From Camelus ferus (taxonomy: Eukaryota), in assembly GCF_009834535.1 (NCBI RefSeq), contig NC_045696.1, positions 16,928,001-16,992,000 on the forward strand: a DNA stretch of 64,000 nt, written 5' to 3'. The translations under genes and the position numbers were made by a program. The notes under the pieces were generated by a model that ran no database searches, was not told the DNA's origin, and saw only the letters and a program-made list of their open reading frames with translations. Positions 13,949 through 27,789 of the stretch are shown one piece after another (position 1 is the first letter of the stretch; the number at the start of each line of letters is the position of its first letter).

Positions 13949-14432
13949 TAGTTGGCAGAATAATGGTCCCCCAAAATGACAATAGCCTGTCCCTGGGACC
14001 TGTGAGCATGTCACCTTTTATGATGAAAGAGACTTTTCAGTTTTGATTTATTTGAGAATCCTGAGATGAGGGAGACTGTCCTGGGTTATCCAAGCTGATC
14101 CAACATAGCCACGAGGTCTTTCTAAAGGAAGGATCAGGGAAGAGTCAGAAAACAGAGATGAGACAAAGAAAGCAGAGACTGGAGTGATGCATCTGAAATG
14201 TAGAGGGAAGTGTCAAAATCCAAGGCATGTGGGCAACTTCTAGTTATCAGAAAAGGCAAGGACACAGATTCCCTTAGAGCCTCTAGAAGGAAGACAGCCC
14301 CCCGACACCTTGATCTTAGCCCAGTAAGAGCCATTCTGACCTCTAAACTCCAGAACTGGAAGATTATACATGTAAGTTGTTTTAAGCCCCTGGGTTTGGG
14401 GTAATTTGCTACAGCAGTAACAGGAAAGGACT
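13949..14432 (+). mobile_element. MaLR LTR (MLT1D-like)
   Basis: ggcagaataatggtcccccaaa...gaaaaggcaaggacacagattcccttagagcctctagaagga...tgttttaagccc..tttggggtaatttgctacagcagtaacaggaaa. Confidence 0.88.
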
Positions 14433-14873
14433 AGACAGCACCATGATGTTCCTCCCAAAATGCACCTTCAACTCAAGAAACAAATGTCCCTTTTTCCCAA
14501 TATAACTTCTCCAGGTTTTCAGATAAGTTGGTTTTACAATTATGTAAATATTTTTCACTGACAAAATAGATATGATTGCATTTTTGCACAATTATTTTTC
14601 TTCGGTGAATAATTACCTTATTCTTTTTTTTCCAGGCACCTATGGTAATTGCAAAAACTACAATTCCTGTAACCCTTTCTTGGTTTTAATTTCCACCCTG
14701 TCCACACATCAGACAGTTTTCGGATCCGTATCTTTCTGGAGGAGTCCCTTCTGGCACTCTTGGTCTCTCAGCTCCATCTGGGCAGGTTGCCCTCTGGGCC
14801 CCTGTATGGCTGTTACTATGGGGTTTCTAGGATAGCTTCAGCACTGTTCTAGACTATTCTCAGGAAGTATAAA

Positions 14874-16072
14874 GGGACTTGCGTTTGGCTTGCCATTGTT
14901 GTAGGCTGTGAATTGCAATTCTCTGCTAATCTCTAATAAACCCATTTTTGGATAAATATCTGGCAGTCTATTTGTTTCAGCTCAACGTTTTGGTGGCCTG
15001 TACTGGGATCAGAGAAGATTCCCAAAGGCCCCAAGAACAGTACCCATGATTGATCCCTTTGGGCTCATTGCTTTGTTCACTGACCTTGAGTTTGAAGGTA
15101 CATCTTTCTCCTCGTTCTGAGCTCATGCATCTTTGCACCGGAAGCTCTCCAGGCTTTATAGAGGATTTATTTACGATTTTGTCTTTCTGTTTAAGGTCTT
15201 ATTCTGTATACAGCTACTTGTTTGGCACCTCGGTCTAATCTTAAAACCAGACTATTTCAACCAAAGCTGGCTGAAAATGTCTTTGGCCCACTTCCTCCAG
15301 GAAGAGGCTGCTTCAAATGAAACTGGACTAGTTCAGCCTTTGGCTTACTCCTTTGAAGGGCTGTTCTCTGGAAACTGGCTGAAAAAGCCTTTGACCTGTC
15401 TCCTCCAAGACCAAGTTTGGTTTTTTGCTTGTTTGTTTTGAATTGGCAGGGACTTGGCTTGCAAGCTGCTTGAATTGAGCTGTTTGAGCTGTTTTAAAAC
15501 TGTTCTTTACTCAAGAGGAATAACCTCTAGGGAGCGAGATCCCATTTATCTGAATATTTTGAGGGTGCCCCTTCGAACAGGAAATTTGGACAATTTTATG
15601 CTTAAAAACCATGGATTACCCTCATGTGCATTTTTAACTAAATGGACAGACCTGACCAAAGGCTATTTGTAACACTAATGGCCATTAGGGGAAATATTTG
15701 AAATTCCCAAACATAATTCCCTTAAAACTGAATTGGACTGCAATCGCTCAAAAAATTTCCAGAACCGAGTGGAATACTTATTTTAATTGGTATTTTGAGA
15801 CTTCCCAGTGTTATTAAGAGTCTAAAATTGCCACTCTGCAAAATAAAATTTTAAGATTAAAGGAGGCAAACAATTAAAGAAAGATAAATGACTCCCTAAG
15901 TCTTAGGCTCTTCTTCCTTGGCTTTTTGTCTCAGGCTCTACCTTCAATGTCATCTTCCTTCTTTTATTCTACACAGCCACCCGGTCCTCTTCTACACCCT
16001 CAAGTCCCCCATTCTACTTCACTTGCCAAACTTCCCCTTTTCTCTGTAAGTCTCCCTACTTCCTTTTCCTTA
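14874..16072 (+). mobile_element. ERV copy 2: 3' part of LTR (14874-14987), PBS-Ile, leader and gag MA
   Basis: LTR R/U5 matches 11515-11631; PBS tggtggcctgtactgggatc at 14991 vs tRNA-Ile complement tggtggcccgtacggggatc; SCAFLTKW..WPLG.IFEIPK MA-like motif; cut off by an L1 at about 16073. Confidence 0.82.
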
Positions 16073-18010
16073 TACTGTTTTCCATAGTGGCTGTACCAAT
16101 TTATATTCCCACCAACAGTGCACCAGTGTTCCTTTTTCTTCACCAATACTTGTTATTTGTTGTTCTTTTGATAATAGCCATTCTGACAAGTGGGAGGTGA
16201 TATCTCACTGTGTGTGGTTTTGGATTGGATTTCCCAGATGATTAATGATGTTGAGCATCTTTTCCTGTCTCTGTTAGGTATTTGTATTTCTTTGGAAAAA
16301 TGTCTATTTAGGTCCTCAGTTCATTTTTAAATTGGATTTTTTTTTTTTGTAGTGAGTTGTATTAGTTCTTTGTATGTTTTGAATATAACCTTTATCAGAT
16401 ATATTATTTGCAAATACCTTCTTCAATTCACTAACTTGCCTTTTTTTTTCTTTTGATGGATTTCGTTACTGTTCAAAATCTTTTTAATTTGATGTAGTCC
16501 CATTTATTTATTTTTGCTTTTGTTACCCTTGCCTGAGGAGACAGAAACAAAAAATATTACTGAGGCTGATGTCAAAGAGTTTATTGCCTATGTCTTCTAA
16601 GAGTTTTATGGTTTCAGGACTTATATTTAAGGCTAATCCATTTTAAGTTCATCTTTGTAATGATACAAGGATGTGGTCCATTTCATTCTCTTGCGTTGTA
16701 GATGTTCGGTTTTCTCAACTCAACTTATTGAAGAGATTATCTTTTCTCCATTGTACATTCTTGACTCCACTGTCATTGATTCATTGATCATATAATCCTG
16801 TGGGTGTATCTCTGGGCTCCCTATTCGGTTCCATTAATTTACATGCATGTTTTTGTGCCAGTATCATACTGTTTAATTACTAGAGATTTGTAGTACAGTT
16901 TGAAATAAGGAAATATAATACTTCCAGATTTTTTTTCTTCTTTCTCAAGGTTGTTTTGTGTATTTGGGATTTTTTGTGGTTCCATAACAATTTTAAGATT
17001 ATTTACTCCCGTTTTGTAAAATATGCCATTGATATTTTGACTTTTGCCCATTTTAAAAATTGTTTATATATATTTTAGTTGTTTATACTTATATTATTGA
17101 ATTATAACAGTATTTAAAATATTTTTGACAGAAACCTCTTGACAAATATAAATGAAAATTTCCCCCATTTGAGGCGTGCTTTTTAGTTTATTAACAATGT
17201 CTATTGGATGAGCAGAAGTTTTGATTCTGATGAAGTCCAATTTATCAAAATTTTTTTTTGTGTGTGTGTGGTTTGTGTTTTCTCCGGATTCTCTAACAAA
17301 TTTATGTAGGCCCCCAACTTCCTCAAGTTATTTTCTTAGGTTTTCTTCTGATGCTATATAACCTTAGTTTTTCTGATTATGCCTAGATCTCTCCTGGAAT
17401 AATTTTTGTGTATGATGTCAGGTGAGGGTTTAGGTTCCTTTTTCTCCATATCCACTTCTTTCAACATCATTTTTTGAAAAAAAATTATGTTACATTTGCT
17501 TTGGCATCTTTGTGAAAAAACTACAAAATCATATAAGTTCGGTTTATTTCTAGAACTTCTATTTGGTACCATTGATCTATTTTTATCAATTATTTAACCA
17601 GTACAGTGCTGACTTGACTACTTTAGCTTTATTTAAAAATCTGAAAGTCAGTTAGTGTAATTTCTCCAAATGTGGTCTTTTCAAAGTTGTGTGGGATATT
17701 CTAAGAGCTTTGAGTTTCCATATAAATCTTAGGACCAGCTTATCAATTTTTATTTTTAAAAATCTGCTGGTGTTTGAGTTGGGATTGAATTGCATCCATA
17801 GATAAATGTGGAAAGAACTGAAGTCACAATGATATTGTCTTCCAGTCATTAAATATTGTCAAAGTTTCCATTTATTTCGATTTTCTTTTATACCTCCCAG
17901 TTTTGTTTTATAATTTTCCCTCTAGAGGTCTTGTACACCTTTTGTTAAATTTACCTCTAAGTATTTCATGATTTTGGATGCTATTCTAAATGATTTTAAA
18001 AATTGTATTT
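16073..18010 (-). mobile_element. L1 ORF2 fragments (probably two subfamilies)
   Basis: Antisense L1 ORF2 text (ccatagtggctgtaccaatttatattcccaccaacagtg...; ORF with PYFKLYYKSLVIK). Confidence 0.85.
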
Positions 18011-18044
18011 TCCAGTGCTGTATTGTGAAGTATATGCATATAAA

Positions 18045-18124
18045 CAAATATATATATATATATGCACAGATATATGTATGTGTGTTTTAGACTATATTTA
18101 TATATATATATTTATCCCTATCTA

Positions 18125-18182
<58 letters not shown>

Positions 18183-18200
18183 CATCTATCTATATATCTA
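18045..18200. repeat. (TA)n / (TCTG)n(TCTA)n compound microsatellite
   Basis: Read directly from the sequence. Confidence 0.9.
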
Positions 18201-19679
18201 CCTGTCTAGCTTGTTTGGGGGTTCATTGCTCTGAACTGGATATATTATATTGTTAGTCCATGGCAGAATTTCACTATTTGTCCATGCATGGAGGTTATGT
18301 TTCACGTATATATGTATGTATTTTTAATAATGTACTAAACAGCCATTAATCCACATACAAAAACAAAAGCTTCACTGACAATAAGCTATATTTAGTTGTA
18401 TACTCTCTCCCCAAGTCCTCTCTCCTGCTCACCATATTTAAGTACCATCATCCTGAATCTACTCCTGAGTTTATTGAATCTTCCGTTTGTGTTTAGACTT
18501 GAAGCAATATTTCCAGGTTTCTGCCATTACAAGTAATTCTGTAATAAAAATTTGTACTATATGTGCAGTTTATCAGTCCAAATATTGATTACGTTCTTGG
18601 GATGTATTCTTGTAACTGAAATTCTTATGTTCAAGTATGTCAAAAGGCAAGATCCTTTTAAGATGTGGGGTATATTTTAGCAGAAGATTTCCAGGGTGTT
18701 TTTACCAATTAACTTTCCCACAAGCAAGACTAGAATGCTGATTTTAGAGTGCCTTGGCCTATAGTTATAAGCATGCATTTTTTTTTTAAACTTTGTAAAT
18801 TTGATGAGATAAATTTTTTTATTTCTACTTAATTTTTTTTAGAATTATATCCAGCTCTGCACATTTTTCTATTTTGATTTTAGGTACATTTTTCATATGA
18901 TGCCCTACATATTTCCCTTCAAATTTGCATATAATTTTGTATGGCCTAATCTGATCCTTTTATCTCTATGCTTTTGTTATCTTCATACCTTAAAATGCCA
19001 TGTTCAGATACATGCTAACCTAAAATTTCTTGTAGAATTTTTTGTAATTTTATTTAACTATATTAAATTAGCCGTCATATAAAAGCACATTCTATGTGCC
19101 AGGAACCATGCTGTTGTTTTTTAGGCATTGAAAATCTGAAACTTAACAATTATACCAGAAATTTATAACTCTTAATTGCAGCTTGGAGGGTTCATCAGTC
19201 TTTTCAAGGTTGCATAGTGAGGACACCATGGGAATGGGATCTGAACCCAGATCTCATGTCTTATTTTCTGCAGTATTGTACAATTGTAAGTGAGGATCTC
19301 ACTTGTTCTTCCACCCCTGACCCCAGTTACCCAACTCTTCCTCCTCCTCAACCCCAGTTCCCCAACCCTTTTAAAGTCATGTACTGAGTAATTCCTTTTT
19401 AAAATTCTTAATTGTAATATTTCTTTCACTATATTCTAGTTTTGTATGTCCTAGGCTCTAGCTTTAAGGTATGTCTTCTTTTCAGTTAGTCCTTCATTTG
19501 AATGTTCTGCCAAAATAGATGTCATACTATTTTAATTATTATAGATTTATTTTATATTTAATAATTGGTAATGTAAGTTCCATTCATTCTGCCTACGTGT
19601 CTTCTCTTTCATATGTTTTTATTCTTGCACATGAACCTTTTTTGAGTCACTTTTTCAAGATACAAGTAAAAGGGAGGAA

Positions 19680-20513
19680 ATTTCATCACTGCAAGAAAAC
19701 TTGAGATGTTACCTGACTGACTTTTTTCTGTTTAGAAGAAGTAGGGCCTCCCTTCAAGTTGTATTATATAAATCTCTAAATAAAGTTCTGAAATTTTCCT
19801 CTAAAACGTGCTGCATACAGGCAGTAGATAAAAAAGTATACTGTGAAGGCCTAATTGCTTCTATTAAAAATAACCCATGCTTTGGTAAAGCAATCTTTCC
19901 ACAGTGTGTCTTTGGGAGATGAAGGCCCTAAGCATTACACCTTGCAACCTGGAGATTCTCTCTATTGGCAATGACACTTCCAGAAGAAGTCTCTTTAATG
20001 TTGCTGAAGAGGCTTCTATCAGGTACTATTAACCAACCCTATGCTACCAACTCCAAGGAACAGACTCTTGAGTGACACACCTAAAAAACCCACTGAATCC
20101 TGACTGAAACTGCACACGATCTGGTGACCTGAAAGTAAAGATTTCTCAGAATCGAAGCAGATGACATCAGATGAGGCAACTTTTCAAAAATATCTGGATC
20201 TGGTCTATTGGAAGTTTGTTGCCACATCTTTAATGATGATATAGGGCTTCAGATCACCTCCAATGTCTATGATCTTGATAACATGAGAATTTTATATAAA
20301 AATTATCTTAAGAGTTTTCCCTCTTACCCCTCTTGCTACAGAAATATGACTTCAATAGGTCTTCCATTGTGCATTTTCCCTCTGACATTAACCACTACAT
20401 CCAGGAAAAGTCCTTCCTGACACCAAGGGACAAACAAAAAGCCAGTGAAACTAGAAAACTTGACTCCTGATCACTGATGCTTTCAAAGATAGTTCTTGAT
20501 CCAAAGGAGGAAA
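19680..20513 (+). mobile_element. ERV pol 3' end (integrase C-terminus), env remnant and PPT
   Basis: LQPGDSLYWQ*HFQKKSL and GFYQVLLTNP (GPY/F-like) at about 19940-20045; purine tract aaaggaggaaa at 20503-20513 immediately before the LTR. Confidence 0.75.
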
Positions 20514-20854
20514 TGCAAAACAAATTAAAAAGCAGAAACCTCAATTAAATAGAGTCAGGAGACCAGAAGGGGGAGCTGTCATTCCCTGCAATGATTACAG
20601 AGCCCATTTGGAAGAAGAGAGACTTCTATCTTGGGAAAGACTTAGCCAATGTAAAGCCATGGACTCCTAGTTTACAACATCTCTAACAATTTCCCTTTCC
20701 CTCTATGAAAGCTTTTTCCTTCCCTTGTCATGCAGGGACTTGCCTGTGACTCACCATGGTTGTTGTAGACCCCAATTCACAATTCTCTGCTGATTCTGAA
20801 TAAAATCATCTTTGCTAGAGAAATATCTGGAAGTCTATTTGTTTTAGTTCAACA
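20514..20854 (+). mobile_element. Class I ERV 3' LTR
   Basis: TG...CA, preceded by a PPT; same family as 11289-11631. Confidence 0.85.
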
Positions 20855-23800
20855 GCTCTATAAACTTAATTTTGTCTTTATCTTCTAAAGTACATAATTT
20901 ATCAAAGATAAATTACAATTACAGTGGAAATGTTGAGGAACTTTCAATATGATCAAAATTATTCATTTGAGAAGGGCCTTAGAACCAAAAAAAAAAATGT
21001 GATTCCAAACATTCAAAGATCAGTACTTTTGATTACTAGGAGGAAGGTTACAAAGGAAATCCAGATTCCAAAATCACTTTTGCAAAAGATTTTGTAGCTG
21101 ATTCAAATGAAACATGTGAAAAGTATAAAACCATCTTTCTTTTTCATATTCCTGAAACACAACTCAAACCTACTACACCTTATTCCACTGTTCCTTTTTT
21201 TCTCCATTATAGTCTTCCATTACGCTGTGCTCTGACCCTCCTTCTGACCTACTTCTTCTCCCCTTTGCTTAACAACAAACATTCATATCTAAATTATCTT
21301 TTTAAATTAAACCTCCTTCAGACTAGAGCACACTCTTAAAGGCTGATTTTAACCCTTAGTTTCATTCTTGTAAAGAGCTTTCCAAAGCCTAGACATAAAA
21401 GAAAAAAAAAATCACAGAAGAATTTAGAATAGATCTAAGGAGATATAGAGCCCCACACTCCATATTTATTTTTTCTTAAGGTAGTAGAGACCTTAAGTGC
21501 AAATAATTGGATGAAAAAGGCAAAGCGGAAATCCCTGATGGTGTTGTGAGAGAATCTTCCCCCCAACTCACTGCACCCACTACACTGAAAGTCAGAGAAG
21601 TTTAGAAAAGCTGTACACATTCTTTAAGATGTTTTGGAGATTAACCCCAGTGTGTTTACTTTGAAAGTAGATTGGATTCTAACTTATCCATACAGGTAAA
21701 GACAGAATTAGTTCATTGGAAATTTCACAAATAGGTTTTTAACACCTTTAGGTAGCATTAAGCAGGTGATCCAGAAGCACATGTGAACCCAGATATTCTT
21801 TCCTTTTTTTGCGAACAGCTATAAGTCAGAAATAGAGAATATAATGTCAAATATTACACTGAGATTTAGCTCTATTACTAGATCTCCAACTCCTCTGTGG
21901 ATATTTTGAAAGAGACTTGTAGCCGAAGTATAGAAGGATCCAGAATGTAAGTTGTTGGCCTTACAGTAAAGCAATTAGATGCTCCATTCCAGTTATTAAT
22001 CATTAGGGTGAGGGAGGCTTTTAATAAACACCAAGTGTAGAGGTGATAAATGGAAACATTGGAAAAACAATTCTCTAATACTGGCTAAAACACTGAGTGG
22101 AAAAAGAAAAAAAAAAGGTTGATGATCAATGCCAGTGCTCAAGGGGGAAACAAGAGCCCAAGTTACTATTTTGCACTTAAATTCACAATGAGAACTTTTA
22201 TGTGAATGTTTAAAGAGATTGAAAAATGTATGATTAATTTGGATGTCACATTTACCTTACACCTTTTAAACAAACACAACTTGTTCCTCAGAGTCATAAA
22301 CCTAATCAAGTGGCAGGTATCTCATAATATTCAGATTTCCCCCCACCCTTCAGCCTAGAAGACTATCTAATTGAAGGATAGTTTTCCTCTCTTGTGACAT
22401 CACATCTGCTAATTTGAGGAGAGGTTTTCTGTGCAAATAGAATTCTCAGATCAAATGCTCTCTGATGTAGTCCTTTTTGCCTTTTGTAAACTCCAAGGAC
22501 ACCCCTAATTATAATCAGGCCATAGCTATTTTGAATATTGACTTAGCAACTCTCATGTGTCTAAATCAAGCCCAAATTAAAGATGGTACTGATTTATGTG
22601 TCAACAACTTTATGCAAGCTTTCACATCACCCTTTAAAACTAGAAATTAAAGAAAGATTAAAACCAATATTTGATAGCTTTGCAGAGTAGGGGATTATAA
22701 TACCTTGCGCTATCTAGTTATAATCATATCCTTCCAGCAAAGAAACCATCTGAAGAGGCTATTAAAGTATTAAGCATGCCAGGCAGGGCCATAATGAAAT
22801 AATCATTCTACACTTCCTTGTGGTATTGAGTTCAAAAACTGTTTTATCCTTTGTGTTACATTATAATTATTGATCAGTGTTCTATCTTCTTTAATTTGTT
22901 AAATAGTCAATATTTGTCTTCCTTTTCCTGGGAACATCAACAGTGTATTTGGATTACTGAGGCAATTCCTTTTTCCTTCAAATAATTTGAAGTATTCAAA
23001 CTCTTAAGAACTTAAGTATCCTTATGTGGATGATCAATTACTATATTCTAATTATGAAATGAACCATTGATTATATTTATCAACTTATTGTTTGAACTCC
23101 AAAAGGATTTTAAGTTTCCAAAGGAAAATTTACATTTTTATATAAAAAAAACATGATTTAGCCAAAGGAGACATTTATCTCATTTCTGACAGATTACAAT
23201 TTAAACACTCTTGGTCTCTTAAAGATAATCAAGATGATTTTTGAATCCCACTGGTTCCTGTAGAAAATGGATTACTAAATTTTTTGCAATTGTCATGCTT
23301 ATATTTGACTTAACCAAATCCTTAGTAATTCAGAAATTATTCCTTAGGAAGTTTAAAAATATGAAAGACTATGCAATTTAAAATTAGCACTTCAAAAACT
23401 CCCAGCTTTGAATCTACCTTGTAATCACAGACCTATGTACATACTGGTAGAGTGATCTGGAGAAGCCCTTGATATGATGACTCAACTTTATAGAAATCAT
23501 CAATGATCAAGTGCTTTTCATTTGAACTAGCAACGGTAATCTCCCCACTTTGCTTCAATGTAATAGCTACATCTAAACTCATAAAACTTTATGCTGCTTT
23601 ATTTTAAAGTTTCCCCTAAACTACATGGTCCTTGGTAGTGTGCAATCTTTTTTACTTACTGAATGTACACATTTTTTTCCTCGAAAAATAGGCTTGTGCT
23701 ATAAAATCCTCTTATTTTCTCTTCATCAGTTTCCATTCCTAATACTTTGAACTCTTGTTAGTCTTCTTCCACTACCTAAACAATGAAAAAGCTAATGACT

Positions 23801-24254
23801 TTCTAGCATTTGTCTGAAAAACTGACTGACCTTGATTTATTAAAAACTCTTATAAAAAGAAATCCAGATTTGATCTTGCTTGTTGATGGCTCACAGTTTA
23901 AGACCAGTAAAGGAAACTATCAGGCTAGAGATAGGCATCAACAGACCTCAACTCACCCCTAGTACGTGACTCTTTACTCAGAAAAAAATCTACGCAAGTG
24001 GAAGATTTCAGTGTTCACAAATGTAGATAAAGGGATTGAAAAATACACCAGTTGTATGTATACATATCAAGTAGTCCCTGATTTTGGAATGCTTGGAAGT
24101 AACTGTGTTTGATCTCATACAGTAAAAATTTTCAATAATTTAAAGTACTTTTAAGTCCTTTAAACCTTCCAAAGAAGTGGCTGATATAAAGGTAAAACAC
24201 ACACAAAAGAGCTTACATGAAGGTTAAAGTAAATGTACTGACTGGTAATTATTA

Positions 24255-24309
24255 TTTTGTTTTGATTTGTTTTGTTTTGTTTTGTTTTGTTTTGTTTTGT
24301 TTTGTTTTG
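24255..24309. repeat. (GTTTT)n simple repeat
   Basis: Read directly from the sequence. Confidence 0.93.
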
Positions 24310-24704
24310 CATAGGCAGCCATTGCTAAGATCCTAGCCCTCATGAAAGGTTTGAAGTGAGTAATACAAAATATCATTTTTTATTCTAGTATCAGAAAGAG
24401 ATACTGGAAAAAAATTTTTGCAAATCAAATGAGAATAATCTCTGATACTTTCAAGATAGACTTTTTGGCATCAGAGAATCACAAATAAAAATTTCAAAAA
24501 AAATTAATGAAATCATCCACTCTAGCTAGGGCAAACTGGCCACAGGCATTGATGGGAAGTTTGACTAAAGTTGCTGACGCTGTTTCTGATGAATGTCCCA
24601 CCAGTCACAGGCATGTGTAAGGAAAAGACATACATAAGAGCTCAAATCTTGGAGCCTTTTGAATCTCTCCAAGTACATTTTATACTATCATCCAACACAA
24701 CAGA

Positions 24705-25972
24705 TTTTTTTTTTATTGATGTGCAGTCAGTTTACAATGTTGTGTCAGTTTCTGGTGTACAGTGTAATGTTTCAGTTATGCAAATACATACGTAAGTTTG
24801 TTTTCATATTCTATTTTGTTACAGTTACTACAAGATATTGTATATAGTTCCATGAACTATATAGTACAAACTTTTTAATTATTTTGTATATAGTAGGTAG
24901 TATCTGCAAATTTCAAACTCCCAATTCAAACTCCCTTCCCACCCACCTTAGCCCCTGGTAACTGAAAGTTTGTTCTCTATGTCTGTGAATCTCTTTCTGT
25001 TTTGTAAGTAAGTTCATTTATCTCTTCTTTTTTATAGATTCCACATGTAAGCAATATCATATAGTATTCTTCTCTCTTTCTGGCTTACTTCACTTAGAAT
25101 GATAATCTCCAGGTCCATCCATGTTGCCGCAAATGGCATTATTTTACTTTTTGTGGATGAGTAGTATTCCAGTGTGTATATAACCACAGCTTCTTTATTC
25201 AGTCATCTGTTGATGGATATTTAGGTTGTTTCCATGTCTTGTCTATTGTAAACAGTGCTAGTGTGAACACTAGGGTGCATGTGTCTTTTCAAATTATATT
25301 TTTCTTGAATATATGCCCTGGAATGGGATTGCTGGATCATATGGTAAGTCTATTTTTAGATTTTTAAGGAACTTTCATACTGTTTTCCATAGAGGTTGTA
25401 CCAATTTAAATTCCCACCAACTGTGTAGGAGGGCTCCTTTTTCTCCACACCCTGTCTACTATTTATTATTTGTAGATTTCTTAATGGTGGCCATTCTGAC
25501 TGGTGTGAGATGATACCTCATTGTAGTTTTGATTTGCATTTCTCTATTAGTGAAATTGAACATATTTTCATGTAATTGTTGGTCATCTGGATGTTTTCTT
25601 TGGAGAAATGTCTATTTAGGTCTTTTGCCCATTTTTTTTTATATATTAAGCCATATAAGCTGCTGTATATTTTGAAAACTAGTCACTTGTTGGTCGCATC
25701 ATTTGCAAATATGTTCCCCCATTCTGTAGGTTGTCTTTCCATTTTGTTGATGGTATCCTTAGCTGTGCAAAAGCTTTTAAGTTTAATTAGATCCCATTTT
25801 TTCATTTTTGCTCTTATTTCCATTACTCTAGGAACTGGTTCATAAAATACATTGCTGTGATTTTTGTCCAAGAGGGTTCTGTCTATGTTTTCCTCTAGGA
25901 GCTTTATCATATCTGGTCTTACATTTAGGTCTTTAATCCACTTTAAGTTTATTTTTGTTTATGGTGTTAGGG
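24705..25972 (-). mobile_element. 5'-truncated L1 (ORF2 C-terminus plus 3'UTR)
   Basis: T-run at 24705; minus ORF IKLLEENI...KWDLIKLKSFCTAKDTINKMERQPTEW is L1 ORF2. Confidence 0.92.
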
Positions 25973-26174
25973 AACAAATTGCTGGTGATTCCATGTGAAC
26001 CACAGTTAAAACTACTGAGGCCCAGTCCAGGGGACTCCCACATTTTTGTGAATTTTACCTCTAAGAGCTCTATCAGGTTATCACAGGTAAGATCAGAGAA
26101 ATATCCCCTCATGCTCAGGCTAGTAGAGAGGGAAATTTTTTAATAAATGAAGGAGGAAACTAACCATTTCAATA
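25973..26174 (+). repeat. 202-bp inverted copy of 29157-29358
   Basis: Manual alignment to the reverse complement: ungapped, 8 mismatches in 202. Confidence 0.95.
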
Positions 26175-26417
26175 TAGGCTTAAATTCTTCTGATCTCCTT
26201 AAGAAAACTGACATACCTAACTCAAAGTCTGTGGAGGAAACTGCTTTACTAAGTTCTCCTAGACTGTAACTAGAAAGCCTTCTAGAATTCCCAGATGTAT
26301 CAGAGGGAATCCTCATGACAGGAAACAATTAGGACAAGGTTCATCTCTTCCTAATCATTATGAGCTCATGTTCATAGGGCAGAACATACGAAAACCACAC
26401 GGTAACTTCCACACACA

Positions 26418-26545
26418 CATTCATTCACTCAGCACTCTCATGGAGCATCAGCTCGTGCTATATCAAGTGCTCTACTAGGACCAAGAGATTAAAAAAATAA
26501 GAAGACACCACAGTCCATATCCTGAGAGCTTGTCACATTCTCCTA
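26418..26545 (-). mobile_element. LINE-2 3' end
   Basis: cattcattcactcagcac...gagcatc...gtgctctactagg is the antisense L2 tail. Confidence 0.6.
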
Positions 26546-26754
26546 AGGTATTAATAAATAGAATTTCTGTTTTTCAGTTAATAAAGCCAAAGTAAATATA
26601 TCTACTTACTTATATGGATATCTGTGTTTGTTTTCAAATCCCTTGGGAAAAAAGTCATGACTCAAATCTCTATTATTTTCTAAAACACAATTCTGTTGTT
26701 TAACATAAATGCTGTACCAACTGTGCTTATTTAGTTTGAATAAAAATGAAAGAT

Positions 26755-27035
26755 ACTATTTAAGAGCAAAGAACGTAGCCAGATTGCCTGATTTCAAATC
26801 AAACTCTTCCTTTCCCTAGTTGTGTGACCTTGGCCAAGCTACTTACCTTCTCTGCACTTCATTCTCCTCATCTGCACAATGTGATGTACAGATGGACACA
26901 GCACAGTGGAATAGTATTTACCTTGTAGGGCTGTTGTGAGGATTTGAGTGAGTTAAAACTTTAAAAGTACCTAAAACAGTTTTAAATAAAACAGTGCTAA
27001 ATACACGTATGCTGCTGCCCGTATTGTTATTACTG
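26755..27035 (+). mobile_element. MIR SINE
   Basis: ctagttgtgtgaccttggccaagctacttaccttctctgcacttca..ctcatctg..gggctgttgtgaggatt core. Confidence 0.85.
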
Positions 27036-27789
27036 TTGTTGTCATTGTTGTTTTAATCCTAATGGGTAAAAGTTGACTCCTGTTCATAAAATCAACAGGA
27101 ACCCATCCTTACTATCCCATAGCACATTAACCACTGCAAGTGTTGATTATTCAGTAGCTGCATTTGTACTGGGAACCCATCAACAGTTTATAATCTATTA
27201 CCAAATATTATCTTGTGCTGGGGACAAAGACCCACATTGTTTTGTGACAGTCACTAACATCTCATTAAGCACTCAGTTTTGAAGTTATCTTTCTCACCTA
27301 GAGTCATATGCAGATACTATGTACACTTATTTCTCAATTAAACCCAAAATGACTGACACTGCAAGTCAGCTTGTCATATTTTTTTCCCAAGTGTGATAGC
27401 ATAGGGGTACTGTCAGCTTTATAACAAGAATGCAGCAGAGCCATGCATCCTTGGGAAGTTTGCTATAACTACTTAAATTTCTTACACATAAAATCTTCAG
27501 GATTTCTCCAGAGGGAAAACAAAAAAAAACAAAAACAAAAACAAAATCCTTAACCATCATGCCTTCTACTCTATGCTTTATGTTGCTTTGAATCTTGATT
27601 TTGGATAAGTGGATCATTAATCTTTAACACATCAACACCAAAGCACAATAAAAGTCAAATAGAGTAATGAATAGCATTAAAGGAACACAGAGGAGAACGC
27701 CCAAGAATGCATTCAACTACCCCATATGCTGCATAATTGCACACACCCACTAATTGGCACAGATTCAGAACTTTAACTTCGTTCAAAAG

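Larger units (their letters stand above)
21000..26330 (+). mobile_element. Highly decayed older class I ERV gag-pol, interrupted by L1 at 24705-26174
   Basis: RT SQYLSSFSWEHQQCIW (22905-22952) and YVDD (23023-23034), KGFKVSK-like text, RNase H NPDLILLVDGS (23861-23893), integrase PFESLQVHFI (about 24655); left boundary uncertain. Confidence 0.72.

Noticed and set aside
11289..20854. One intact provirus bounded by the two complete LTRs
   Set aside because: No matching TSD, duplicated 5' portion, no intact ORFs, and older repeats lie inside
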